Assembly: GCA_964016885.1 (NCBI GenBank)
Contig: OZ024742.1
Coordinates: 208,630,001-208,694,000 of the forward strand
Direction: 5' to 3'
DNA: 64,000 nucleotides
Origin: Eledone cirrhosa
Taxonomy: Eukaryota
The notes below the pieces were generated by a model, which was not told where the DNA came from, made no database searches, and saw nothing but the letters and a program-made list of their open reading frames with translations. Every line of letters begins with the position of its first letter. Positions within the stretch are counted from its first letter, which is position 1. The position numbers and the translations under genes are program-made. Below are positions 23,635-36,039 of this stretch, piece after piece.

Positions 23635-26600
23635 AGACTACAGCTTCCACTACTACTAGTATTACTATCAAAGACATATCTGTCGTCCACTCTCCTGAAT
23701 GTAGAAACAAAACACAAGACAACACTGTATCACCTCCAACCGATCAATACAGTTCAAAACCGAGGCCCTTGTTATTTACCACTCCGTGACCCCTTTCAGA
23801 ACAGAATGCATTATTATGCACCCGTCCTACATGGACAAAAGGACAGTAAAGATCCGCATTCCTGGATCCCAACAGGAATGAACATATTGTGATTCCGGGA
23901 ATGCGTAATCGAGGAGGGAACAGACTCTACCATCCTAGATATTAAAAAGATGGAGAGAGACGACTGGTCCGGAATGAATTTGGAGATTCTTCTCCAAATG
24001 AAACCAGAGGACATAAACCATATCCCGGATTTTTCCCGCCCACAGGACTGGACAACGATTCAATTAATCACTGAGGTAAGAAGGCTGCACTGCTTTGTCT
24101 GCGGAGAAGCAACGCATCTGCAAGCCTTCTGCTCTCAGCTCAAAAATGCAGGGGGTCGCAAACCTCCTTTGCTGCGAACGCCAGTGTCAAAACGGAAAGC
24201 TCCACCACCAACAACAACAACACCAACAATGACACGCGCAACGCCACCAGCATCAAAAACAGCCGGACCACCAGCAGCACCGAATCCAACCCAAGTGGAA
24301 AACGAGGAAAGCTCTCCTACTCCCCTACCCCTCAAAATATACACATGGACAAAACCATAAATGCACACACAGACACAGATACACTCACAGCCACAGACCT
24401 TTGCCTTACAGAAGTGAAGATGAAGGAAAACACAAAAATTTCAAAAGGCAAAATAGAAAACTAAAAAAAAATCCCCCTCAAGACACAAAACATACACAAC
24501 AAAAAATACAGACACCACCAACGCAAACACTTCCCCAATAACATCAAAACTACCCTTACAATCCCCTAAATGCAAACACAAGAACAAATAAACACATAGA
24601 CACCTGAAATTGCAGACGAGACACCTACAACAAACGCAGACATACCCGAAACAACACTATCAAAACCATCACCACCACAGTCACAGAAACGAAAACAAAT
24701 AAAAGCACACCGACAAGACATTAGAAACTTCGTGCTTGTCAGAAGGGCTTAAAAGAAATTGATGACTCTCTTAGCACGAAACGAGGACATTCAAACCGAG
24801 GGTGAGATCTTTAAATTGAACACATTTTGCGTGCCAGAAGATTTGTTTCTGGTGAGAATATCGCTCGATTCCTAAAAAGAAATTCGAGAGAGCTTTCCTC
24901 GGGACGTGGGAACCCAGAACGTGAAACCCACATCAAGACTTTTAAAAAGGTTCCCAAACGAAACCCCACCCACCATGGAGGTGACCCACCCAACCTTCAC
25001 AACACCCCAAGAGGTAAATAAACCTTCCCTCTCTCTTTTAGCTTGCCAACTTGACCATATTAAGAGTAGGAAGTTTAAATGTTCGAGGCCTGGGGTCACC
25101 GAGGAAGCAGGGTCACCTGCTCAACAACCTCAGGTCTCTGGAAATGGATGTGATTGCCATCAGCAAGACCAGAATTTCTGGCAGTCGCACACCAGCCCCC
25201 ATTTTTGACGACTATCAGATCTGCGCATCTGTTAGCAGGCCGGGAATGGGAGCTGAGGTAGCAGTACTGTATAGGAAAGGCCTGGATCTCGAGGTAATGT
25301 CGATCTTCCGGGACCCGGACGGTAAATTGGTGGTCCTGGATGTGAACAATAGCGAAGGTGGTGCCTTTAGACTGCTGGCCGTCTACGCCCTTACCGGGCC
25401 GGACGACCGGACATCTTTAGGCGCCTGGAAGCCTTTATGGGTACGTCTCGCCCTTTACTGTTAGCAGGGGGACTGAAACGGCATCTTAGACGCACGCTGA
25501 GATTGTGTGGGAGTAGCTGATATGAACGTCCGGTGCAAAAGTCTCAAGCACCTAATCAGCCAGTTCCAACTGTCTGAAAGGTACTGACTAGATTTCCCCA
25601 ATACGCCAGTGTGGACTTGGACCAACCGCATAGCGTCTTCTAGATCGTATATAGACAGGATCTTCATTAGGAAAATAGATAGAAATAGTGTGGGCTGCCC
25701 AATTTTTAAAACAGTCGCCTATTCAGATAACACATTTGTGAGCTGTATAGTCGAACTAGATAAAACGCGTAGCTTATCTAGGTCAACCTAGATAACATGC
25801 GTAGGTTATCTGGTTACTGGAAGCTTAACATGTCGTTTCCGGCACGTAAGGCTTACAGGGACCGGGCCAACAATTTAGAAAAAGTTGACAGCGGGGATCA
25901 TCAATCTAATCAAGTTACTCTAATCTCTCAAAAGAGATATTAGAGTAACTTCGATAGGATTTAGCAAAGAAGTAGCGTTAGAGAAAAATAGAAAGCAAGG
26001 GGAGCTGGTAGATAAGTTAGACGAAACTATTTGTAGTGGCATTACAACTGGCCTGCTAGCGACGATAATACATCATTTCTTCAATACAAAACACGAAAGT
26101 TGCATTGTCAGAGCTAAGGCGCGTGCTCTGAGAAACGAGTGAACCAAAGCTGTTCGATGGACCCGCGTGGCAGAGGCTCACCGTGGTAATAAAAACACAA
26201 TTCGGTCTTTTACGCCGAGACAAACACGAGCTGAGCGATGCCAAGCGGATGTGTGAGGCCTTTCGCCAGCACTTTGCTCGGTTGTTCGGGGAGAGTGGCG
26301 AGTCAGAGACAGAGGCGGACTTCAGTTTCTACCTTGACGGCTTGCTGCGCATCTCGATGGTCGACGCTGAGCGCTTCGAAAGGCCGATTACTTCAGCCGA
26401 ATTTCAGGACGCCCTTGTCTGCTGCACGACGCGCAATCACCCGCTTTGGATGCTCTGCCCTACGAACTTAGACAACTTCAGGCCCATAACTCTGCTCAAC
26501 ACAGAGTTTAAGATTTTGGCCAAGGTGTTAGTACAGAGGTTGGCTCTTGTCGTCGAGGACTTGGTTGGGGAGGTGCAAACTTGCGCAATCCCAACCAGGT

Positions 26601-28556
26601 CCATACAGGACAACCTCCACCCCATGCGATACATCATAGAATGGGTAGGGTATAAACCTGGCTTCGGTGGGGCACTGATCAACTTAGATCAATCGAAAGC
26701 ATTCGATACGGTCCACCATCGTTACCTGGATGTTGTCCTCAAAGCATGGCTTCGGTCCTGTTTTCAGAAGCTGGAACGCTGCAATGCCCAGCGGCCTCTG
26801 CTCGCTGGTCAAGGTTAATGGCCACCTCTCGGAACCGTTTCGGGTCTCCCGATCAGGGGTGCCCGCTCTCTTCCCTTCTGTACGTATTGACTCTCGAGCC
26901 TTTACTGCGGAAGCTGGAGCTGTTGCAGGGAATCCAGCTCGAACGGGGACGCGGAAGGCTTGTGTCGGCTTAATCGGACGACATCACCGTTATGGAAATC
27001 GAGGTGGTCGGCACCCTATTGAACAAATATGAAAGGTTGGCAGGAGCGAAACTTTACCCGGAAAAATGGGTGGACTTGCAGCTCGGCACTTGGAAAGCAA
27101 GTCCATGCCACCCAACAGCGTCGTGGGGCGCTGGACGAATAGGTAAAGTTGCTCGGGGTTTGGATCAGACCAGACCTCCAGGTGGAAAAGAATCGGTACG
27201 AGATAACGACAAGTTAGCCAGTCTCACCCAAAAATGGGCTGTGAGAGATGGGGAATGCGTACATCGCATCCGTCATCTACTACCGCCTGACCGTGGTGCC
27301 TTGTCCCCAGCCGTACCTCACCAAGTTGGAACGGCTCCTCTTCAAATTCTTGTGGAGAGGATAAGTTCCGTTGTTGAGGCGGTCCATCTGTTGCCAGAAC
27401 CCTCTACGCGGAGGGCTGGGCATGCCGTGGCTAATGATGCGCAGACATGCGCTGAGGCTACGACATCTCCAGATATTCTGCCTAAACGGTGAACAGGTGT
27501 GGTCGCCGTTTATCAGACAGACCTTTCCGCAGCTAGTTTCTTTGACTGAGCTGCAGTCTTGGGTCAAGAAGAGACCAAGACTGGGTGACCGGCACCTGGA
27601 CTCTTGCCAGGCACTTACTGCCCACTACCAAGCGGGCAATGTGATAAGTGGAATTTACACTCCCGAGTTCTATAGAGAATTAGTGGTTGGCAAGTGCGAT
27701 GACGCACTCGGAGAGGCTCTGACCAGTCTGTTCCGGAGGATGTTCGAGCCAAGGACAATGGATAACTTCCAGAAATACCTCGCTTGACAGTGCTACCTGA
27801 GGGCACTGCCGCTTCGAGATAAATTCTACAGGCACTGTAGTGCTGTCAGACGGACCTGCCCGAAATGCACACAGAGTGACGAAAGGGTTCTGCACGCACT
27901 TGTCCTATGTCCCTGCATTACTGACTTGTGGAGTCATGTCGAACAGCTGTTGTCACGTGTAAACGGATCCGGCTTTCGGCCGAGTCCATAGTGAAGATTG
28001 ACCCACCGCTTTCATTTGGCCAGGAAGGCCAGGCAACTTTCCTCTATCTGGTGGCAGTTGCGAAAGAGGTTGTATGGTGGAACAGATTGAATGGAGTGAA
28101 GACAGACACTTTTTTCTTCTGCAAATCCCCCATCAACTTCTTCATGTTTTACATGGAAAGGAAGGTGAGGGTGGAGAGAGAAGTTCTGCCCCGCCCTCCA
28201 GTACATTTGATAAAAGGTGGATGAATGTGCCGAGAATGGCCCGTGTGAATGGGCCTACTGTGACCATGCGCCTATAGGCTAGCTAACTTGAGGAGAGGGT
28301 TATCTCCCTGGGTGCCCTAGAAGCGCAGGGTAGTTCAGGATTGGTGGGGTACCTGAGTCATCCCTGGGTCGTCCACCCCTATAGGAGAATTTATTTTGTT
28401 ATACTTATGCATAGTTTATTTTATATTTTTATATCCTCATTGTTAAATTAGTTTTGCCATTGTGCACTTTTACTCGTCCTTATTGTAAACCCCCACTGTC
28501 CCTGTCTTTGTGTTGTCCCCTACATGTCGGCCCTTGTGGCTAATAAATGAAATCAT
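23635..28556 (+). mobile_element. Older, diverged Tx1-like LINE (ORF1 remnant, APE, RT, CCHC, second UTR type)
   Basis: ORF1 knuckle CFVCGEATHLQAFC; APE start LRVGSLNVRGL; SYIDR; NFRPITLLN; LDQSKAFD; 3' UTR matches 6810-7090. The 5' boundary is approximate. Confidence 0.88.
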
Positions 28557-28841
28557 TTCAGTAATGCACTGGGTAATTGCTGGTCTTGTGCCTAAAGTAG
28601 AAACAATTATTATTATTATTATTATTGAATGCCATGGTTGACGGAGGCTTGGCTCTGTAAAGTATTGTAAATTTTAACCGTTTTAACATTTGTAAATTGT
28701 TTAAAACTTGAACCAAATTGTAGATAAAGACACCCTCCTCCTCGTGAGAGGAGTCTTTTTGCCCGTTATTTGGCCCTTCGAGTATAAATAACCAGTTATT
28801 GGGGATTTGTGCCCAATATTCATTTTAAACCGTAAAAAAAC

Positions 28842-30920
28842 ATGGCTACAAAAAATAATTTTCACGAGTCACTCCCACTCCTTCCGTCTTCTTCTACCCC
28901 AATCGTCATTACCTCAGAGAAAAGATTGTCTCTCTCCCTCCCTTCTCTAAATGTGGTGTCGCCTCTGTCGCCTCTTTGGCAAGCGACGCCATTAAAGAAA
29001 AAGAAAAATGTAGTTTCTCGTAGCGTTCTTCATCAAGGGAACGCGCGTGCCGTGGAACATTTCTCCACGACGACGACGACGACGAAAGATTTGTGCGGTA
29101 AATACGGAAAGTCATTTCATTCGTCTGTCGTCAAGAAGAATAGCAGCAGCAGCCGTAATAACAGCAGCAGCAGCAACAGTGGCGTGAAAAATACTAGTAG
29201 CAGCCGCAACAACATCAGCAGCAGCATAGACAACAACAACAGCAACAACAGCAGCAGCAACAGCAACAGCAGCAGCAGCAGTAACAGCAACAGCAACAAC
29301 AACAACAGCGGCGGCGGCCGTCGTAGTACCAGCAGCAACAACAAAAGTAAAAGCAGCTCTGACGACAACAACAACAAGAAAGAAAAACAAATCTAGTTTG
29401 CAGGTATCGCAAATAACCTGGAAACCATCCTTATAACAAATGAAACATTACAGGAAGCAAGGATGGCGGTGAGGAAAACCGGACACCGAGCAATCTGCAA
29501 GGCAACCGAAGAATTTTTCGAAATACAACAGCACTGTACGGTCACGTACCGTACAGTAAGCACAAAATCACGTAGGGTTGAAAGAGGCACAGCAGCTCAA
29601 ATACAAAAAGTCTTAGGGTCTGTGTGGCAGCGGAAAACGCATCTCACCCGAGACAAGAAATATGCCACCGTTGACGTGCTCTTTGCCACACCCAGGAGGC
29701 AAAGGCTCAATCCTTAGTGACCCTAAGGAAATAGTGTTGGTGCCCTCCTACTGCGGGCAAAATGTGTGAGGGTCAAACTGACCCAAATCCCCCCGGGATA
29801 TCCCCTTCTTGGCTGGCCGCCTCTGTCCTCGTCGGAATCGAGGACAAAACAACCGTACTGCAAGTACAGAAAAAAGTACGAGAAGATTGGGTCGGCGCCT
29901 CCATTGAAATATTAATTCAACCCAACCAGGAGTGGATTGAAGCTATCCCCGATGTGACAGACTTCGATAACGGCACACAACTTCCCAAAGTGTTGAGGGC
30001 AAACGCCCGAAATGCTTTCGCTGTGGGTCGAAGGCTCACCTCAGGGCCTCCTGCAATGATAAGACCCTGAGATACCGGATCCACGGCTACTAGCAACAGG
30101 ACCGGTGGCAAGCAGGACAGGGAGTATAGGTCCGAGGCACCCATACCCACGCCACGGAAATCAAGAACAGCAGCAGCAGCATTGGAAGTATTAACAACAA
30201 CAACAGCAATACCAACTGCAGCTGCAACAGAGACTCCACTGCAAACAACACCAACAACAAGTGAAAGAGTGGAGCTGGTATCCCTCCCCGACCTCACAGA
30301 ATCGGATATGGAGTGTGAGGTAGGAGAGGGATGGCAAAAGGTCGCAAGAAGGCACAAACGCAGAAGCAGCGCATCGTCGCTTCGAAAAGGGAGGAAAGAA
30401 ATGAAAAACGGGTAAAGGCTACTGCAAAGAGACTCACAGTAGCAACACCACCAACACCATCACCACCCACACTAGCACCACCATCACCACCGGCGACAAC
30501 CCCACCGCCAACAACAACAACAACACCTTCAACAATACCACCACAAGCACAAACATCGGAAACACAACAACAAAACACACACACCCAGCAACAACGACAA
30601 GAAAATAGCAGAACCACACCCCACCCACAGAAAAAGAAATGCACAGCAATAAATACACATAACAAGAAACTAATGATTTACATAAATGAACACACAGACA
30701 TTTCACAGCACGGCTACATAATACTAGCACCAATCAAAACAACAACGAACGTAAGAATATCACAGAAAAAATACAGAAACATTAAAATGAAATTCCCCAA
30801 CGCAGTTGGTCATTTCAGACACTCAACCCGAGAGTATACTCGGATATACTCACAGAAGAGCCGACGACCAGCCGAAGGGACGATTCAACGGTCCCTTCAC
30901 CAGACGATCAGGGTAAGTGA
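28842..30920 (+). pseudogene. Tx1-like ORF1 (Ser/Asn-rich N-terminus, CX2CX4HX4C knuckle, Thr/Pro-rich linker), disrupted
   Basis: KCFRCGSKAHLRASC at ~30010. Cross-copy comparison places the stop at ...STVPSPDDQGK*. Confidence 0.7.
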
Positions 30921-30952
30921 TCCGTTCTCACTTTCCCCGTTCCTCACCGAAC

Positions 30953-33900
30953 ATGGCCGTATTCAGGATCGGAAGTGTACACGTGCGTGGCTTGAACTCG
31001 GTTTGGAAGCAGGGTAACTTGCTTAACGACCTCAGTTCACTAAACATAGATGTGGTGGCCATCAGCGAGACGATAATCTCCGTAACGCAAGCCTTCACAC
31101 CTATCTTCGACGGTTACGAGATGTACGCATCTCCGAGCCGTCCGGGAGCGGGGGGGGGGGGGGCGGCGGAGTGGCTGAGTTGTTTCGGAAAGGCTTGGGT
31201 CTCGCTATACGGACCATCTTCCTAGACCTAGTGGGTAAGTCGGTGGTGCTGGACGTAAGCGGCACCGAAGGCAATGCTTTCAGGATAGTAGCCGTCTATG
31301 CCCCGACAGGGACAGGACGGCCAGATTAACTTAGACGTCTAGAGACCTATCTTGGAACGTCCCGCACTTTAGTGTTAGGGGGCGACTGGAACGGTATCTT
31401 GGATGCATGCTGAGATTGTGTGGGGCTAGTGGATAGGAGAGGAGGGAGCAAAAAGCTGACCAACCGGCTCAGACGCTTTGAACTGTCTGACAGGTATCGA
31501 CTGGATCACCCGAATGTGCCAATGTGGACATGGACAAACCGCATCGGGTCATCCAGATCGTATCTCGATAGGGTATTCTGCAGAGAAACTAGATAAGGCT
31601 AGTATAAGTTGTCCACAATTTAAAATAGACCACAAATTTGTGTAATGAGAGATCGACATAGACAGACTCCATAGACAAGGGCCCGGTTACTGGAAGGTGT
31701 ACGCGTCTTTCCCGGCGCGCAAAGACTACAGAGACCGGATTAGCGTATTAGTTAAGCGGGCGTTGACGGGAGCGATCGTCAACAACAGGTGGTGGTTCGC
31801 CCTGAAAAGGGCAATTAAAGTAGAGTCGGTTAGGTTTAGCAAGTGAGTAGTGATAGAGAAAAATAGAGTAGAGGGAGAGCTAGAAGAGGCGTTTAGGACA
31901 GGCATCGCAACCGACGTGCTTGCGGCGAGTTTGGCACTCGACCAATTCTTCAACGCAAAACACGAAGGCTGCGTTGTCAGAACTAGAGCGCGTGCTCTGA
32001 AAAACGAGGGGACAAAAGCCGTCCAATGGGTCCGGGTAGCAGAGGCACGACTTAGCAACAAAGCCATAATTCGGTCTTTGTCTGACCAAAATGGGCGCGT
32101 GTTTCTTGAACCCGAGCAGATGTGGGAAGCTTTTCAGCAGCACTTTGCTGAACTGTTCGGGAGCAGCGGCCGCCCGGATCAGGGGTATGGACTTCAGAGC
32201 ATGTATCGATGGACAGCCTCGGCTCTCGACGACCGCAGCAGTGTTGCGAAAAGCCAATAACAGCCGGTGAAATACGGGAAGCGATGGCTAACTACACTAG
32301 GGGTAAATCGCCAGGTTTGGATGGTCTGCCTTACGAGCTTTATGTATTTATGCCAGACTTGTTCGGTGACCTCTTGGCAGACGTCTACTCTAACTGGCAG
32401 CAGAACGGGAGCATTCCTAGTTTTGTGAGCCGGGGAGCGGTGCCGCTGCAGAGAAAAGACCCGAACAAGGAGGATGTTATCGATAATTTCAGGCCCATAA
32501 CCATGCTAAACGCAGAGTTCAAGATTTTGGCCAAGATGTTAACAACGAGGTTGGCGCTTGTCGTCAGGGGTCTGGTGGGAGCGGCGCAGACATGCGCCAT
32601 TCCGGACAGATCCATACACGACAACCTCCACCCCATGCGATACATCATAGAGAGGGTGGTTAAGGAACCTGGCAAGGGTGGGGCCATGATCAACTTGGAT
32701 CAATCGAAAGCATTCGATAGGGTCGACCATCGGTCCCTGGTGGCGGTCCTCGAGGCAGCCGGTTTCGGGCCTGTTTTCAGGCGTTGGATCGCAGCAATGT
32801 ACATCGACATCTGCTCAGTTGTGAGGGTGAACGGTCACCTGTCGCAGCCGTTCAGCATCATGCGCTCAGTCTGCCAGGGTTGTCCCCTCTCGTCCCTCTT
32901 GTACGTATTGGCTCTCGAGCCGTTACTGCACAAACTGGGGGCGATGAGGGGCGTCCCACGCGAACTAGGATGCGGGAAATCCGAGTCGGCTTACGCTGAC
33001 GATGTCACCGTGGTGGTGTCGAGCACCAGACACGTCCAGATGCTCGGCCACGCTCTCAAGGAATACGTAGCGGTGACAGGAGCAAAGATAAAGCAGGAAA
33101 AGTCGGTGGGCTTGCAGCTCGGCACCTGGAGAGGCAAGTCCATGCCGTCCGACAGCGTTGTGGGGCGTTGGACGGACCGACCCGTTAAATTGCTCGGGGT
33201 CTGGTTCGGACCGGACCTCCAGTTGGAGAAAAACTGGAACGAGGTGACGAGCAGGGTGCCCTCCCTCACCCAGAAATGGTCTGAGACAAAGCTGCTCCTG
33301 AAAGGCCGGGCGGAGGTGGCGAATGCGTACATCGCATCCGACATCTGCTACCGCCTCACCGTCGTCCCTTGCTCCAGCCCAACTCTCACCAAAATGGAGC
33401 GCCTCCTCTTCCGCTTTTTGTGGAAGGGACATCTCTGGTGCTTCCTTGATGGTGAACATGTGTGGTCGCCGTTCGCCAGGGACGTTTTCCCACAGCTCGT
33501 CTCCTTGACAGAGCTGCAGTGCTGGGTCAGAGAAAGACCGAAGGATAGCGCTTGGAGATTGGAATGTCTCCAGGCACTGCCCTCTCCCAGCTGGGCACCA
33601 GTATCGGTGGAACATCCACTTCGGCGTTCTATAGAGGACTAGTGGAGGGGATGAGAGACGACATTTTCGGAGATATCCTGGGCGTCGAAAAAGATCAGCT
33701 GTTTGCTCTCTTCCAGATAACTTTTAGCCCAGAGCCTATGGATAACTTCAAAAAATCCCTGGCCTGGCAGTGCTACCGGGGAGCGCTGCCGGTTCGAGAT
33801 AAGCTCTACAGGCACGGAAGTGCCGTCAGCCGAGCCTGTCCGAGATGCGCGCAAAGCGACGAAACCGTCGTGCACGCACACGTTCAGTGCCCGAGCATTG

Positions 33901-34251
33901 CTGACTTGTGGAGCTATGACGAACAGTTGCTGTCGCGTATGGGACTGATCCGGTTGTCGACTGAGTACATTGTGCAGATGATCTCGCCGTCTTCCTTCGA
34001 GGAGGAAGGGCAGGCGGTTTTCATCTGCCTGGTGGCCATGGCGAGGGATCGTGTGGTGGACAAAGTTAAAAGGGTTAAAGACAGACACTTTCCTCTTCGG
34101 CGAATCCCTAATTAACTTTTTCAAGTTTCACTTGAAGAGGAAAATCAGGGTGGAGAAGCAAGTGCTGCCTTCTAGCAAGTTTGTTGAAAGGTGGGTAAAT
34201 GTAGCGAGAATAGTCCGAGTGAACGGGACCACTCTGAATATACGTCTGTAG
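30953..34251 (+). pseudogene. Tx1-like ORF2 (APE endonuclease, RT, CCHC), disrupted
   Basis: MAVFRIGSVHVRGL, AISET, VYAP, GDWN, SYLDR, KSPGLDGLP, NFRPITMLN, QGCPLS, YADD, CPRC-X8-H-X4-C. Confidence 0.9.
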
Positions 34252-34555
34252 TTTGAAAGATGGAAAAATTGAGAGAGGGCGCTTGCCCTGGTGGGCAGGG
34301 TGGCTGTGGTCTTTTGTGTTGTTTTCGCCACGAGTAACCCTCGGAGGTTTCCCCCGTATTGGGGAATTTTCCATTGTTTCAATTTTCATTTTTATTGTTT
34401 ATATATATATGTTTCTATGTCCTTTTTTTCCTTTTCTTATATAAATAATAAAAATATTTACACGCACAAAACCCACATCGTACCGTCCTGTACCGTCCTG
34501 TGCCGTCTGTAATGTCTTTCTTGGTGTCAGCCCTTGTGGCCAATAAAGAAATCAC

Positions 34556-34601
<46 letters not shown>

Positions 34602-34746
34602 GTTCTTTGAGTCTCAGTCATTGAAGTTAGTTAACTGGAAAGTTTGTTGAAATGAATATCAAGCCACTACATGCTGCCTCAGATATTCATGACGTATCGG
34701 AGGGATCTTGCTGTTCCCAGCAAGCATGCCTTTTGAAGCGTTCCAA
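34602..34746 (-). mobile_element. ~145-bp Dong-A 3' fragment between (ATT)n tracts
   Basis: Matches the Dong-A 3' UTR and last codons; ATT runs at 34556-34601 and 34746-34805. Confidence 0.88.
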
Positions 34747-34764
34747 TTATTATTTTTATTATTA

Positions 34765-34805
<41 letters not shown>

Positions 34806-35501
34806 GGCGACTTACTTATGAAAGCGTGTTATCACGAGCTCCTAAAGGTTTGTTGTTTTAAGTTGTTTTGAATTGCAAGTTATGGAAAATTTTTGTTGTT
34901 AAGTTTTGATAATTTCTCATATATTGCTTTCTGAAAATGACAGTCAATCATATTGGGTGGGTTCCTTCAGCCCAAATTTAAACTTTATTTTGTCAAACAA
35001 TTCACGTCTAAATATATAGTCTATTTTTCTTTTAGAATTTAGTTTTGTTTGTTTACCCTTTCTTATTGACATCCTATTAGTTAAGCTTTATGATGAAAAA
35101 GAATTCTAAGACCTTTATCTTTAATGCCAGTAGATCTGAATAACATACTATAATGTTCTCTTCAAATCTGAGAAGAGATCTTTAACAAGGTCTCAGTAAC
35201 AGCGACTAGCATGTTGTTGATAACTGACTGGGCGCGCTGATCCTAACATTGATATCGTAATTTGTCTTGCAAAAACCAAACATTAGAATTCTCTCTTTTA
35301 TATAAAATAAATGATCCATGCAATACGAAACCAGAATATTTGATAAGCTGGCAGCAGATGACAATCTAAACGTGAAAAGCTTGTCTCATATGAATGTGTA
35401 ACATAAAAGTAGATTTGAAATGAATGTCTTTTGGTCCCTACTGAAATTGTAAGACTGTTTATGAGGTAATGTCAATAGAAATGGCCATATAGATAAAAAT
35501 G

Positions 35502-35556
<55 letters not shown>

Positions 35557-35837
35557 TATGAAGAGAGAAGAAACATTTAGATATAATTAGTAATAATATG
35601 TATCATACCTAAACTGCTCCTAGATTCCTCGACTACGTAGTTTCGTGGCATAAACAAAAACAATACATCATAAAGATATAGAGTCCTTGCGAGGTCTGCC
35701 GACTTATCAAGAGGATACCTCATTTTACTAGCTTCAAGAACGCGTCTACACGACGTGAGAAAGAATCCCAAAAGGCGGAGGGGGAGATAATATATTAGTA
35801 ATTTAGGTGTAATTCTGTCATTCTACTTAATAATATT

Positions 35838-36038
35838 GATAATGGTTTCTAATTTATACACAAGGCCAGCAATTTTTGAGAGGGGAAAGTGAATCAAATC
35901 GACCTCAGTACGTGACTGGTTCTTTATTTTATCGACCCCGCAAAGATGGGGGGGGGGGGGCAAAGTTAATATTGTCGGGATTTGCACTCAGAACACTAAG
36001 GGCCGTAAATCTATGCCGCAGAGCATGGTGTCCGACCA
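35838..36038 (-). mobile_element. tRNA-derived SINE
   Basis: Reverse complement of the SINE end, core and degenerate B-box. Confidence 0.75.
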
Positions 36039-36039
36039 C

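Larger units (their letters stand above)
28627..34555 (+). mobile_element. Full-length decayed Tx1-like LINE between (ATT)n tracts
   Basis: Follows a SINE 3' end and (ATT)n (28558-28626). Order: 5' UTR, ORF1, 32-nt pyrimidine spacer, ORF2, structured 3' UTR, (ATT)n 34556-34601. Confidence 0.92.

Noticed and set aside
30890-31017. Apparent long ORF1/ORF2 overlap in Tx1 copies (ORFs 30331-31017, 37515-38351, 24906-25208)
   Set aside because: Codon comparison favours ORF1 ending at STVPS..DQG(K/N/R)* (TGA 30918-30920 and equivalents), followed by a short pyrimidine spacer. The overlaps are best explained by frameshifts.
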